Shown here in pieces: positions 1 through 10,063 of a stretch of 64,000 nucleotides of DNA (position 1 is its first letter; the number at the start of each line of letters is the position of its first letter). The stretch covers positions 448,001 to 512,000 of the forward strand of contig CAVURN010000003.1 in NCBI GenBank assembly GCA_963743915.1, read 5' to 3'. The translations under genes were made by a program, and so were the position numbers. This DNA comes from an uncultured Actinomycetota bacterium. Lineage in GTDB: Bacteria > Actinomycetota > Actinomycetes > JAHEKZ01. The notes below the pieces were generated by a model that worked only from the letters and a program-made list of their open reading frames with translations, made no database searches and was not told the origin of the DNA.

Positions 1-63
1 GCAGAGCAGCTGCCGGGACGTGAGCGGTTGCCTCGCCACCTCGATGACTGTCCACGGCTCTCG

Positions 64-732
64 TCAGGTGAACAGCTTCCAGTTTCCCTCTGACACGACT
101 TCGACGGCGCCGTCGGCCACCTTGATGGCCGTCTGGTCGTCGATGGCGTAGGCGGGGGCGGAGATGCCAGCCGCCCACTGCTCCGCCTCAGCCATGGAGT
201 TACCCGGCTCGCCGTCCTGAGCAAGGTGAGGGCAGATCGAGAAATCCACAATGCCTAGCGTGGTGCCGTCACCGTCCGATGGTCTCCACTGGATGAAGTC
301 CTCCCCGACCTCGGGGGTCATCACCATGCTTCCGGCGCTCAGTCCCACCCATACCGTTTCGTTCAGTGTCGGGAGCAGGTCTGCGAGTCCGGACTTCTGC
401 ATCCAGTGGCACAGGTAGAGGACGTCGCCGCCTGCTACAAGCAGGACGTCCGTGTCCCGGACTAGCGGCACCCAAGCCTCTTCGTCGATGCTGGGCAGCG
501 CGGTGAGTTCGAGCACACCCACCGACTTCCAGCCCAGGTCGACCATGGGATTCTCGGATTTTCCAGCGATGAACCGCCAAGCCTCTTCGCCAGGGCCGAC
601 CCATGGGTGCCCGTACTGCGCGGTGGGGATACACAGGGCGTTGGAGTCGGCAATCGGCTTGCCTAGCAGATCGACCAGCGCCTCGCGGATGCTGGTGTTG
701 GTGACGCCCCCCGATGTGAGCAGAAGTTTCAT
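64..732 (-). CDS. Peptidase E / S51-like type 1 glutamine amidotransferase-fold protein
   Basis: MKLLLTSGG start, GLSAGS nucleophile elbow, ICPHL and YAIDDQTA motifs; ATG at 732 after GAGGA RBS. Confidence 0.8.
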   Translation of the reverse strand: MKLLLTSGGVTNTSIREALVDLLGKPIADSNALCIPTAQYGHPWVGPGEEAWRFIAGKSENPMVDLGWKSVGVLELTALPSIDEEAWVPLVRDTDVLLVAGGDVLYLCHWMQKSGLADLLPTLNETVWVGLSAGSMVMTPEVGEDFIQWRPSDGDGTTLGIVDFSICPHLAQDGEPGNSMAEAEQWAAGISAPAYAIDDQTAIKVADGAVEVVSEGNWKLFT

Positions 733-860
733 CAATCCTCCTGAGTCGGGCGCGACGAGTTGAAAGACTGCTCAGCCCTGGACACCATCAAGTCCGGCTC
801 CTTGTCGTGGCGCCTTCTGTGGCTCGACCGGCAGAGACCTGCGACTTCGAAGGCGAGCGG

Positions 861-934
861 TGGAGCGGGTGACGAGAATCGAACTCGCACTGTCAGCTTG
901 GGAAGCTGATGTTCTGCCATTGAACTACACCCGC
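861..934 (-). tRNA. tRNA-Gly (anticodon CCC)
   Basis: Reverse complement GCGGGTGTAGTTCAATGGCAGAACATCAGCTTCCCAAGCTGACAGTGCGAGTTCGATTCTCGTCACCCGCTCCA folds as a cloverleaf with a CCC anticodon, TTCGA T-loop and encoded CCA. Confidence 0.97.
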
Positions 935-979
935 GGCCGCGAGCTGCTGGCTCGCTCGCAGCGACGATGATAGCCGCCG

Positions 980-1288
980 TCAGCGGCCGGCGATGGCGGC
1001 GGTGTGACCGTCGCCGGTGACCTCGAGCACTGAGAAGGGGGGCAGGCCTCGGGTGTCCTGAAGGGGCTGGTGCTGCTGCAGCTGGGCGAGGGCCGGGTAG
1101 AGGTGGTCCCGCATGAACGCCCGGTAGTCGTCCTCGCTCTCCCAGACGTCGATCATGCGGACGCCGCCGTCGATGGGACCGACGACGTGCGCGAGGCACT
1201 TCTCGAGAGCTGTCGGAGGGATGAGGGCGGCGAGCTCGGCCTGACCCCCCAAGGTGATCCCGGGCATGTCCTGGCAGAAGGCGTACAT
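980..1288 (-). CDS. Small hypothetical protein, possibly ABM-like alpha+beta barrel
   Basis: GAGGAGG RBS; RMIDVWESEDDY motif; divergent from a TetR gene. Confidence 0.65.
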   Translation of the reverse strand: MYAFCQDMPGITLGGQAELAALIPPTALEKCLAHVVGPIDGGVRMIDVWESEDDYRAFMRDHLYPALAQLQQHQPLQDTRGLPPFSVLEVTGDGHTAAIAGR

Positions 1289-1368
1289 GGGTCCTCCTCG
1301 CGTGAATCCGGCCGCTAGGCTAGACTTCCATCTATTGAATAGTGATGACTATAGGGAATTGAGATCAG

Positions 1369-2008
1369 GTGTCAAGGCGTCCGTACGACTCCACCCGTCG
1401 ACAGCAGCAGGCGGCCGCGACCCGGAGGGCGGTGATGGACGCGGGGCGTGCACTCTTCGTCGAGCGCGGCTACGCGGCCACCACGGTCGCCGACATCGCG
1501 ACGTCCGCCGGTGTGGCACCGGCCACCGTGAATGCTGCCTTCGGGGGCAAGGCCGGGCTGCTCAAACGCCTCGTCGACGTGGCCATCGTCGGTGACGACG
1601 AGCCGGTCCCGGTCGCCGAGCGGGACATTGCCCGGCGCATCGCCGCCGAGCCAGACGCGCGCCGGCAGATCGAGCTGCTCGTGGGCTCGCTGACCGAGAC
1701 CCATGAGCGCCTGGCCGAGCTGCACGACGTCGTGACTCAAGCGTCCGGCGTCGACGAGCAGGTGCGGGCTGAGCAGGTCCGTGGCCAGAAACGACGACGT
1801 CTGGGAATGGGTGAGTTCGTGGCGCTCGTGCGCGACGAGGCCCTCGCGCACGACCGGGAGACGACAGCCGACATCGTCTGGGCGCTGACCGAGCCTCGCC
1901 TGTACCTCGGTCTCGTCCGCGAGCGGGGGTGGACGCCGGGACCAGTACCGGAGATGGCTGATCGATCAGCTGGTGACCGCTGTCCTCCGACCCGACTCAC
2001 CCGGCTAG
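1369..2008 (+). CDS. TetR family transcriptional regulator (frameshift near 1940)
   Basis: N-terminal HTH (LFVERGYAATTVADIATSAGVAPATV); the natural C-terminus GWTPDQYRRWLIDQLVTAVL continues in another frame to TAG at 2006-2008. Confidence 0.8.
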
Positions 2009-2020
2009 TAGTCTCCCCGC

Positions 2021-2605
2021 GTGCTCCTCTCCGACCGAGACATCCAAGCCGAGATCGCCGCCGGACGCGTCCAGCTCGACCCGTTCGACGCCGCGATGGT
2101 GCAGCCGTCCAGCGTCGACGTCCGGCTCGACCGCTACTTCCGCGTCTTCGAGAACCACCGCTACCCGCACATCGACCCGGCGAAGGAGCAGCCCGAGCTC
2201 ACCCGCCTGGTCGAGCCTCAGGGCGACGAGCCGTTCATCCTGCACCCGGGCGAGTTCGCGCTGGCGTCCACGTACGAGGTGGTCTCGCTCCCCGACGACG
2301 TCGCGGGGCGGCTGGAGGGCAAGTCCTCGCTCGGACGCCTCGGCCTGCTGACCCATTCCACGGCGGGCTTCATCGACCCCGGCTTCTCGGGCCACGTCAC
2401 GCTCGAGCTGAGCAACGTCGCCACGCTGCCCATCAAGCTGTGGCCGGGCATGAAGATCGGCCAGCTGTGCCTGTTCCGGCTCTCGTCGCCCGCGGAGCAC
2501 CCGTACGGGTCTGAGAAGTACGGCTCGCGCTACCAGGGCCAGCGGGGCCCGACGCCGAGCAAGTCGTTCCTCAACTTCCACCGCACCGACATCCCGCAGG
2601 GCTGA
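2021..2605 (+). CDS. dcd: dCTP deaminase
   Basis: [42 protein letters not shown] motifs. Confidence 0.97.
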   Translation: MLLSDRDIQAEIAAGRVQLDPFDAAMVQPSSVDVRLDRYFRVFENHRYPHIDPAKEQPELTRLVEPQGDEPFILHPGEFALASTYEVVSLPDDVAGRLEGKSSLGRLGLLTHSTAGFIDPGFSGHVTLELSNVATLPIKLWPGMKIGQLCLFRLSSPAEHPYGSEKYGSRYQGQRGPTPSKSFLNFHRTDIPQG

Positions 2606-2647
2606 CGACCAGCCCGCTGGGTGCGTGGCCGGTGGAGACGGGTCGCG

Positions 2648-2818
2648 TCAGTGCATGCTCATGGGGGGCGGGCCGTAGGGACTGCCGCCTTCGCGTTGGT
2701 GCTGGAGCCGCTCAGCGGCGTCGCGGTCCTGGCGGAAGGCATCGCGCTGCTGGTCCTGGTAGCGCCAGATGAGAAGGCGCTTCCAGGCGCGAGCGGTCAG
2801 ATCAGCGACACGTCTCAT
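2648..2818 (-). CDS. Small protein, 56 aa (MRRVADLTARAWKRLLIWRYQDQQRDAFRQDRDAAERLQHQREGGSPYGPPPMSMH), not in the ORF track
   Basis: ATG preceded by GAGGGGG; shares IWRY..Q.....R..RDA.ERLQ..R with the neighbouring ORF. Confidence 0.6.
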   Translation of the reverse strand: MRRVADLTARAWKRLLIWRYQDQQRDAFRQDRDAAERLQHQREGGSPYGPPPMSMH

Positions 2819-2889
2819 GGCGACCCCCTCAGCAGGTCTGGCCAGTGTGACAGAGCCGTCAGATCCGCGGCAGACGTTCAGCCCGCGGG

Positions 2890-3033
2890 TCAGTGCAGGT
2901 GGCTGGCGCGCGCGATCTGCAGACGCTCGTGCGCATCACGCTGGCTGCGGGCACGAGCGGTGCTCTGCTCCTCGTAGCGCCAGATCTGGAACCGCTGGAC
3001 GAGACGCTCGACGGGGGCGACGACGGAACTCAC
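2890..3033 (-). CDS. Small protein, 47 aa, paralogue of 2648-2818
   Basis: GTG preceded by GAGGTG; contains RFQIWRYEEQSTARARSQRDAHERLQIAR. Confidence 0.6.
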   Translation of the reverse strand: MSSVVAPVERLVQRFQIWRYEEQSTARARSQRDAHERLQIARASHLH

Positions 3034-3202
3034 AGGAGACACCTCTAGGGAAGGGCCGACAGGGGTCGGCGGTCGTGCTGGAAGGACGCCTCCATGGTGC
3101 AGGACGGAGCACTGGTGTTCCAAATCGGGGCGCGCGGTTCCACCATGCGGAAGCGCAGCGTTCCGGCACGTCCACCAGGCACGCACGCGGCGGGCTGGGG
3201 GC

Positions 3203-5386
3203 TCAGCCCGCCGCAGCGGCGCCATTCTTCGCGGCCTTCAGCAGCAGCTGGGCGACGTCGACCACCTGCACCTGCTCCTCGCGCTCGACCTCGGACTGCA
3301 CCTCCGAGACGCCGTCGCTGAGCATGACCTTGCAGAAGGGGCAGCCGACCGCGATCGTCTGCGCGCCGGTGCCGATGGCCTCTTCGGTGCGCTCGGTGTT
3401 GACCCGCTTGCCGATCTTCTCCTCCATCCACATCCGAGCACCGCCTGCTCCGCAGCAGAACCCGCGCTCGGAGTTGCGCGGCATCTCGGCGAAGTCGGCA
3501 CCGGAGGCCCCGATGAGGTCGCGAGGAGGGCTGTAGACCTTGTTGTGGCGACCGAGGTAGCAGGGGTCGTGATACGTGACCTTCTCCGACACGGACGACA
3601 CCGGGGTCAGCTTGCCGTCGCGCACCAGCGTGTTCAGCAGCTGCGTGTGGTGGACGACCTCGTAGTGACCGCCGACCTGCGGGTACTCGTTGCGCAACGT
3701 GTTGAAGCAGTGGGCGCAGGTGACGACGATCTTCTTGGCCCCGACCTCGTTGAGCACCTCGACGTTCTGCTGCGCGAGCATCTGGAACAGGAACTCGTTG
3801 CCGGAACGGCGCGCGGAGTCGCCGGTGCAGGTCTCCCCCTCACCGAGCACCGCGAAGGTGACGCCGGCCATGTGCAGCAGCTCGGCGACCGCCTGCGTGG
3901 TCTTCTTCGCTCGGTCCTCGAAGGCACCGGCGCAGCCGACCCAGAACAGGTACTCGGTGTCGTCGTCGAGTGGGCCTTCGACGACGTTCACCTCGAACGG
4001 CAGGTCGGCGGCCCAGTCCATCCGCGAGGACGCGTTCATGCCCCACGGGTTGCCCTTGCTCTCCATGTTCTTGAAGAGGCCACCGAGCTCGGCGGGGAAC
4101 TCCGACTCGATCAGCACCTGGAAGCGGCGCATGTCGGTGATGTGGTCGATGTGCTCGATGTCGACGGGGCACTGCTCGACGCAGGCTCCGCACGTCGTGC
4201 AGGACCAGAGGACGTCGGGGTCGATGACGCCGCCGCCGATGGCGTGCCCGCTCTCGTCGTGCTCGGTCGGGCCGACGAGAGGACGTTCCGCGGCGTCCTG
4301 CACGCTCTGCGAGAAGGCGGTGAGATCGACCGGGACCGGCGGATGCGCACCACCCGTGGAGGCCAGGTAGTCCGGGTGCTTCTGCTTGATGAGGTACGGC
4401 GCCTGGGCGAACGCGTTGTCCCGCAGGCTCATGATGAGCAGCTTCGGCGACAGCGGCTTACCCGTGTTCCACGCCGGGCACTGGGACTGGCAGCGGCCGC
4501 ACTCGGTGCACGTCGCGAAGTCGAGCATGCCCTTCCAGGTGAAGTCCTCGAGCTTGCCGCGTCCGAACACGTCGTCCTCGCCCGGGTCCTCGAAGTCGAT
4601 CGGCTGTCCACCGGAGTACATGGGCAGCATCGGGCCGAGCGCGTTCGGACGCCGCGAGAACGCGACGTTGATCGGTGCCACGAAGATGTGGAGGTGCTTG
4701 CTGTACACGACGATGACGAGGAAGCCGAGGATCACCGCGAGGTGCAGCAGCACGCCGATCGTCGCGAGCTTCTCGTTGGTGCTCTCGCCGAGCGGCTCGA
4801 GCAGGTTCGCGAAGAACTGCGAGCCGAACGCGAAGTCGTCGGGGTACGGGAAGTGCCCTGAGTTGATCTTCGCGCCACGGTAGAAGAGCAGCGTCCAGAC
4901 GACGTTGAAGATCATGAAGAGCACGAGCCAGGCGGCTCCGGTGTGCGAGCCGTAGAAGCGCGACGCGCGACCGCGGTTGTTGGGGTTCTGCTTGATGCGG
5001 ATCACCGTGAAGACAACCAGGGCCACCAGGACGAGGACGGCGAACAGGTCCTCGACGAAGGCCACGACCGCCCACTCGTCGATGACCGGGATCGTCAGCT
5101 CCGGGTCGATGATCGACAGGTACGCCTCGACGATGGTGAGTCCCAGGATGATGAATCCCCAGAACGCGAACGCGTGGGCGATCCCCGGCACCGTCCACTT
5201 CAGCAGCTTGCGCTGCCCCAGCACCTCGACGGCCTCGGCCTCGACGAGCTGCCGCGGATCGGGCAGCGTTCCCGCCGGTCGCGGTTGGCCGACGCGGATC
5301 AGTCGCCACAGCATGAAGGCGCGGCGTCCGGCGACGAGGGCGACCACCAGGGTCATCACCAGGCCGATGGCGAGGGCTGGCTGCAC
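3203..5386 (-). CDS. Membrane Fe-S oxidoreductase (FadF/heterodisulfide-reductase-like, CCG domains)
   Basis: N-terminal TM helices; two 4Fe-4S motifs (CTECGRCQSQCP, CTTCGACVEQCP); YHDPCYLGR and FCCGAGG motifs. Confidence 0.92.
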   Translation of the reverse strand: MQPALAIGLVMTLVVALVAGRRAFMLWRLIRVGQPRPAGTLPDPRQLVEAEAVEVLGQRKLLKWTVPGIAHAFAFWGFIILGLTIVEAYLSIIDPELTIPVIDEWAVVAFVEDLFAVLVLVALVVFTVIRIKQNPNNRGRASRFYGSHTGAAWLVLFMIFNVVWTLLFYRGAKINSGHFPYPDDFAFGSQFFANLLEPLGESTNEKLATIGVLLHLAVILGFLVIVVYSKHLHIFVAPINVAFSRRPNALGPMLPMYSGGQPIDFEDPGEDDVFGRGKLEDFTWKGMLDFATCTECGRCQSQCPAWNTGKPLSPKLLIMSLRDNAFAQAPYLIKQKHPDYLASTGGAHPPVPVDLTAFSQSVQDAAERPLVGPTEHDESGHAIGGGVIDPDVLWSCTTCGACVEQCPVDIEHIDHITDMRRFQVLIESEFPAELGGLFKNMESKGNPWGMNASSRMDWAADLPFEVNVVEGPLDDDTEYLFWVGCAGAFEDRAKKTTQAVAELLHMAGVTFAVLGEGETCTGDSARRSGNEFLFQMLAQQNVEVLNEVGAKKIVVTCAHCFNTLRNEYPQVGGHYEVVHHTQLLNTLVRDGKLTPVSSVSEKVTYHDPCYLGRHNKVYSPPRDLIGASGADFAEMPRNSERGFCCGAGGARMWMEEKIGKRVNTERTEEAIGTGAQTIAVGCPFCKVMLSDGVSEVQSEVEREEQVQVVDVAQLLLKAAKNGAAAAG

Positions 5387-5612
5387 GAGTCCTCCTGAAG
5401 TGAAGTGCTGGGGAGCCTACCGACGCCATCGGCGGTTGCGGGCGATCGGTTCCGGACTGTGACATTCACTGACTCGCCGGTCAGCGGAGGCAAATTTTCG
5501 CACCCTGACCCCGGGTGGACGCTAGCCCGCAGCGAGATGGCGCAATAGCGTGGTCCACGCGCGGCTGTCGGGGCGCTGCCGCGCGCTCGCAAGAGTCCCC
5601 AGGAGGATCGTT

Positions 5613-7428
5613 GTGACAGTACGTCGTGTGCGTGGGGCAACTGTGGGGGTCGCCACGGCTCTCGTCGCAGGGCTGGTGCTCGTTCCCGTGACCGGGGCGA
5701 ACGGCGCCGGTGCAAGCAGCGGACCGAGCTTCCGACCCGTGTCCACCGACGCGGTCAGCGGCGGCGGCGCCGACGCGAGGGCGGCCCGTGCCACCGTGCG
5801 GTCGCCGGGCTCGGCGGTCGGTGCGGCCAGCGCTCGGGTGGCCGTCTCCAAGAAGATCCAGATCCTGCAGGTGTGGACCGGCGTCCAGGGGGTCGGCTCG
5901 AACGGCGTGTCGGTCGCAGCCGGTCCGAAGCACGTGGTGCAGACGGCTGGACCTCGGGTCCTCGCCTTCGTCAAGTCCACCGGATCGGCCCCCAAGGGTG
6001 GGAGCAAAACCCTGCTGCAGTTCTTCGGACTCAGCTCCCCCGTCGTGGTCAGCCAGCCGGACGTGGTCTACGACCCCGTGGGCAAGCGCTTCGTCGCCGT
6101 TGCGGTGGCTGACAACAGCGGTGACATCGGCGTGGTGATGCGGATCTCCAAAGGCACCGCCGCCGCCCCGCTGACGGGCAAGAAGTGGCTCGACCCGGTC
6201 GAGTTCGCCTTCTCGACGTCCACGCAGGAGGAGCCCGGCCGGATCGACGCCGAGGAGTCGAAGCCACTCATCGGTGTGAGCTCGGACAAGCTCGTCGTCA
6301 CCACCGTGGCCGACGACCCGGACGACGCGACCGTCGCCAACCGCATCTTCATCTTCCCCAAGGCGCCCTACTACGCCGGCGACGACAGCTTCGGGGGCTG
6401 GGCGGCGAGTGTGAACAGCACCTACGACGGCCAGGCGCCTGCGGTCAACGACACGAAGCAGGCCAACGCGTTCGTGGCGATCCCCGACACCAACGACGTC
6501 ACCGTCACCACCTACACGGGGGCGGCGAAGAACAAGGCGCCTTCGTTCAGCAAGAACGTCGTCTTCCCGGCCAACCCCCTCAACCCGCCGACCCCGGTCA
6601 CCCAGACCGGTGGCGACACGCTCGACCTGGGAGGCCTGGCGTTCACCGGAGTCGCGTGGCGCAGCAACAAGCTCTACGCCGCCGCCACCGTCAACGCGTC
6701 CGGCCGGAACGCCGTGCGCGTCTTCGGCATCAACACCGGCTCCGGGGTCTCGCTCGCCTCCGACAAGACACTGAAGAGCGCAACGGCCGACTGGTTCAGC
6801 CCCGACCTGGCGATCGACGGGGCCGGGAACGTCCTCGTCGTCGCCAACGACGAGGGCACCGTCGACGGGCCGTCCCTGGCGGTGTTCGCGCGGAAGGGAT
6901 CGAACTGGCTCTCGCCGCGGTTCATCGCCAAGGCCACCGGCGTCGTCGACGTCCCACCGGCCAACGGCACGACCGGCTGGTGGAACACCACCGGCGCGGC
7001 CCTCGATCCGAGCTCGCCGTGGGACGTGTGGGTCTCCGGCGCCGCCGGCGCAAGTGGCGTGAGCGACGGCCTCACCACCAAGGTGGCGCGCGTCTCGCTG
7101 GCCAAGAACAAGGCCACCATCAAGGCGAGCGCGACCAAGGTGCGCAAGGGCGGCAAGGTGACGTTCACGCTGAAGCTGGCGCGTCCGGACAGCAAGGACG
7201 TGATCAAGGGCCTGCCGGTGGCGCTGCAGAAGGCGTCGAAGTCCGGAAACTCGTGGACCACGGTGAAGAGCACCAAGACCGGGACGAAGGGCACCGCCAA
7301 GGTCACCGTGAAGATCAAGAAGGCAGGCAAGTACCGGACGCTGGGCAAGGCCGTCAAGCAGAAGAACGGCGCCGGCCGGTCGATTGACAAGGTCTCCAGC
7401 AAGGCCGTCGACTATCCGCCTGCGGTAG
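5613..7428 (+). CDS. Large secreted hypothetical protein with a Lys-rich beta-sandwich-like C-terminal domain
   Basis: AGGAGG RBS before GTG 5613; signal-peptide-like N-terminus; strong GC3 bias. Likely true end is KAVTIRLR-TAG (7428) with a one-base insertion near 7410; the ORF track runs on to 7541. Confidence 0.7.
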
Positions 7429-7436
7429 CCCACTCG

Positions 7437-7452
7437 TGTGACGTAGGTCACA
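7437..7452. promoter_or_regulatory. CRP/GlxR-type binding site
   Basis: TGTGA-CGTAGG-TCACA, a perfect match to TGTGA-N6-TCACA. Confidence 0.55.
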
Positions 7453-7454
7453 CC

Positions 7455-7497
7455 GACGACGAGGACCCTCCGGAAGATCCGGGGGGTCCTCGTCGTT
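7455..7497 (+). terminator. Stem-loop, probable terminator upstream of the dnaK promoter
   Basis: GACGACGAGGACCCTCCGGA-aga-TCCGGGGGGTCCTCGTCGTT, 20-bp stem with G-T pairs. Confidence 0.7.
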
Positions 7498-7512
7498 ATG
7501 TCAATGTCACGA

Positions 7513-7533
7513 CTTGCGCCGTCACGACTCATG
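7513..7533 (+). promoter_or_regulatory. HAIR (HspR operator)
   Basis: CTTGCGC-N7-ACTCATG versus consensus CTTGAGT-N7-ACTCAAG, directly upstream of dnaK in an operon encoding HspR. Confidence 0.7.
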
Positions 7534-7594
7534 TTATGTGATAGGCCATACCGCAGTTTCCGCATCATCGAGCCACAACGAAGGAGCCAGATCC

Positions 7595-9442
7595 ATGGGC
7601 CGAGCCGTCGGAATCGACCTCGGGACGACCAACTCGGTCGTCTCGGTCCTCGAGGGTGGCGAACCCACCGTCATCGCCAACGCCGAGGGCGCCCGCACCA
7701 CGCCGAGCATCGTGGCCTTCGCCAAGAACGGCGAGGTCCTCGTCGGCGAGGTCGCCAAGCGCCAGGCGGTCACCAACCCCGACCGCACCATCCGGTCGGT
7801 CAAGCGCCACATGGGCACGACCTGGTCCGTCGACATCGACGGCAAGGCCTACACCGCCCAGGAGATCAGCGCCCGGGTGCTGCAGAAGCTCAAGCGCGAC
7901 GCCGAGGCGTACCTCGGTGAGCCGGTCACCGAGGCCGTCGTCACCGTGCCCGCGTACTTCAACGACGCCCAGCGCCAGGCGACCAAGGAGGCCGGCGAGA
8001 TCGCCGGCCTGAACGTCCTCCGGATCATCAACGAGCCGACGTCGGCCGCCCTCGCGTACGGGCTCGACAAGGGTGACCTCGAGCAGACGGTCCTCGTCTT
8101 CGACCTCGGTGGCGGCACGTTCGACGTGTCCCTGCTCGAGATCGGCGAGGGTGTCGTCGAGGTCAAGGCGACCAGCGGCGACAACCACCTCGGGGGCGAC
8201 GACTGGGACGACGCCGTCGTCACCCACCTCGTCGACCGCTTCAAGGCAGGGCACGGCATCGACCTGTCCAAGGACAAGATGGCGATGCAGCGCGTCCGGG
8301 AGGCGGCTGAGAAGGCGAAGATCGAGCTGTCCAGCTCCAGCCAGACGTCGATCAACCTGCCGTACATCACCATCGACGCCGAGAAGAACCCGCTCTTCCT
8401 CGACGAGACGCTCACGCGTGCGCAGTTCCAGAACATGACGCACGACCTGCTCGAGCGCACCCGTCGGCCGTTCGAGACCGTCATCAAGGACGCCGGGATC
8501 AAGGTCGGCGACATCGACCAGATCATCCTGGTCGGCGGTTCCACCCGGATGCCCGCAGTGGCTGACCTCGTGCGCGAGCTGACCGGCGGCAAGGAGCCGA
8601 ACAAGTCGGTCAACCCCGACGAGGTCGTGTCCGTGGGTGCAGCGCTGCAGGCGGGCGTGCTCAAGGGTGAGGTCAAGGACGTCCTGCTGCTCGACGTGAC
8701 CCCGCTGTCACTGGGCATCGAGACCAAGGGCGGCATCATGACCAAGCTGATCGAGCGCAACACCACGATCCCGACCAAGAAGTCGGAGATCTTCACCACG
8801 GCGGACGACAACCAGCCGTCGGTGCAGATCCAGGTCTACCAGGGGGAGCGCGAGATCGCCGCGTACAACAAGAAGCTCGGCATGTTCGAGCTGACCGGTC
8901 TGCCACCGGCACCGCGCGGCATCCCGCAGATCGAGGTCGCGTTCGACATCGATGCCAACGGCATCGTGCACGTCCACGCCAAGGACCTTGCCACCGGCAA
9001 GGAGAACTCGGTCAAGATCTCCGGCGGCTCCGCGCTGAGCAAGGAGGAGATCGACCGGATGATGTCCGACGCCGAGAGCCACGCCGCCGAGGACGCCGCC
9101 CGCCGCGAGGAGGCCGAGGTCCGCAACTCCGCGGATGCGTTGGTCTACCAGACCGAGCGGTTCCTGGCCGACAACGCGGACAAGGTGCCTGCGGAGGCCA
9201 AGGCCAACGTGGACGAGCCGCTCGCCGAGCTGAAGAAGCTGCTCGAGGCCGAGGGCACGGACACCGAGGCGATCAAGGCCGCGGTCGAGAAGGTGGCGAC
9301 GGCCAGCCAGGCGCTCGGCGCCGCGATGTACCAGAGCGGTGACACGCCGGCCGCCGGTTCCGAAGCGACCTCCCCCGACGACGACATCGTCGACGCCGAG
9401 ATCGTCGACGAGGGGGACACGGACGAGGGTGCGAAGGCATGA
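7595..9442 (+). CDS. dnaK: Molecular chaperone DnaK
   Basis: [30 protein letters not shown] signatures; AAGGAG RBS. Confidence 0.99.
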   Translation: MGRAVGIDLGTTNSVVSVLEGGEPTVIANAEGARTTPSIVAFAKNGEVLVGEVAKRQAVTNPDRTIRSVKRHMGTTWSVDIDGKAYTAQEISARVLQKLKRDAEAYLGEPVTEAVVTVPAYFNDAQRQATKEAGEIAGLNVLRIINEPTSAALAYGLDKGDLEQTVLVFDLGGGTFDVSLLEIGEGVVEVKATSGDNHLGGDDWDDAVVTHLVDRFKAGHGIDLSKDKMAMQRVREAAEKAKIELSSSSQTSINLPYITIDAEKNPLFLDETLTRAQFQNMTHDLLERTRRPFETVIKDAGIKVGDIDQIILVGGSTRMPAVADLVRELTGGKEPNKSVNPDEVVSVGAALQAGVLKGEVKDVLLLDVTPLSLGIETKGGIMTKLIERNTTIPTKKSEIFTTADDNQPSVQIQVYQGEREIAAYNKKLGMFELTGLPPAPRGIPQIEVAFDIDANGIVHVHAKDLATGKENSVKISGGSALSKEEIDRMMSDAESHAAEDAARREEAEVRNSADALVYQTERFLADNADKVPAEAKANVDEPLAELKKLLEAEGTDTEAIKAAVEKVATASQALGAAMYQSGDTPAAGSEATSPDDDIVDAEIVDEGDTDEGAKA

Positions 9443-10026
9443 CGGAGCAGGAGCCGAGTGGTCCGGTGATCCGCGACAAGCGGCGCATCGACCCTGAGAC
9501 CGGTCAGGTGCGAGAGGCGGCGGCCACGGTCGCTGCCTCTGCACCTGATGAGGCACTGGCCGATGAACAGGCAGCGGCCGCAGTCGTCGAAGGCGACCTG
9601 GCCGCGCTCGAGGCGCAGCTCGCCGAGCGCACCTCCGACGTGCAGCGTGTCCATGCCGAGTACGCCAACTACCGCAAACGTGTGGACCGTGACCGTGAGC
9701 TGGTGCGCGACCAGGCGACGGCCGCGGTGCTGGCTGAGCTGCTCACGGTGCTCGATGACATCGACCGGGCACGCGAGCACGACGAGCTGAACGGCGGCTT
9801 CAAGTCGGTCGCCGAGGCGCTGGAGGCGATCACGGGCAAGCTCGGCCTCGAGAGGTACGGCACCCCAGGTGAGCCGTTCGACCCCACGGTCCATGAGGCG
9901 CTCACCCACACCGAGGACGAGGCGGTCACCGAGACCACGTGCGTCGCGGTCTTCCAGCCCGGCTACCGGTTCGCGGGGCGCGTGCTGCGTCCGGCGCGGG
10001 TCGCCGTCGCCGATCCCCCCGCCTGA
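9439..10026 (+). CDS. grpE: Nucleotide exchange factor GrpE
   Basis: [26 protein letters not shown]; position after dnaK. Confidence 0.97.
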   Translation: MTEQEPSGPVIRDKRRIDPETGQVREAAATVAASAPDEALADEQAAAAVVEGDLAALEAQLAERTSDVQRVHAEYANYRKRVDRDRELVRDQATAAVLAELLTVLDDIDRAREHDELNGGFKSVAEALEAITGKLGLERYGTPGEPFDPTVHEALTHTEDEAVTETTCVAVFQPGYRFAGRVLRPARVAVADPPA

Positions 10027-10063
10027 CCCGAGAACGACGCGAGACCACCGAAGGAGGTGACCC

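Noticed and set aside
5481-7568. Long antisense or alternative-frame ORFs (e.g. 5481-7568, 12843-14156, the 5' part of 42569-44866, 23565-25040)
   Set aside because: Arg/Gly/Pro-rich shadow ORFs typical of high-GC DNA that overlap well-supported genes
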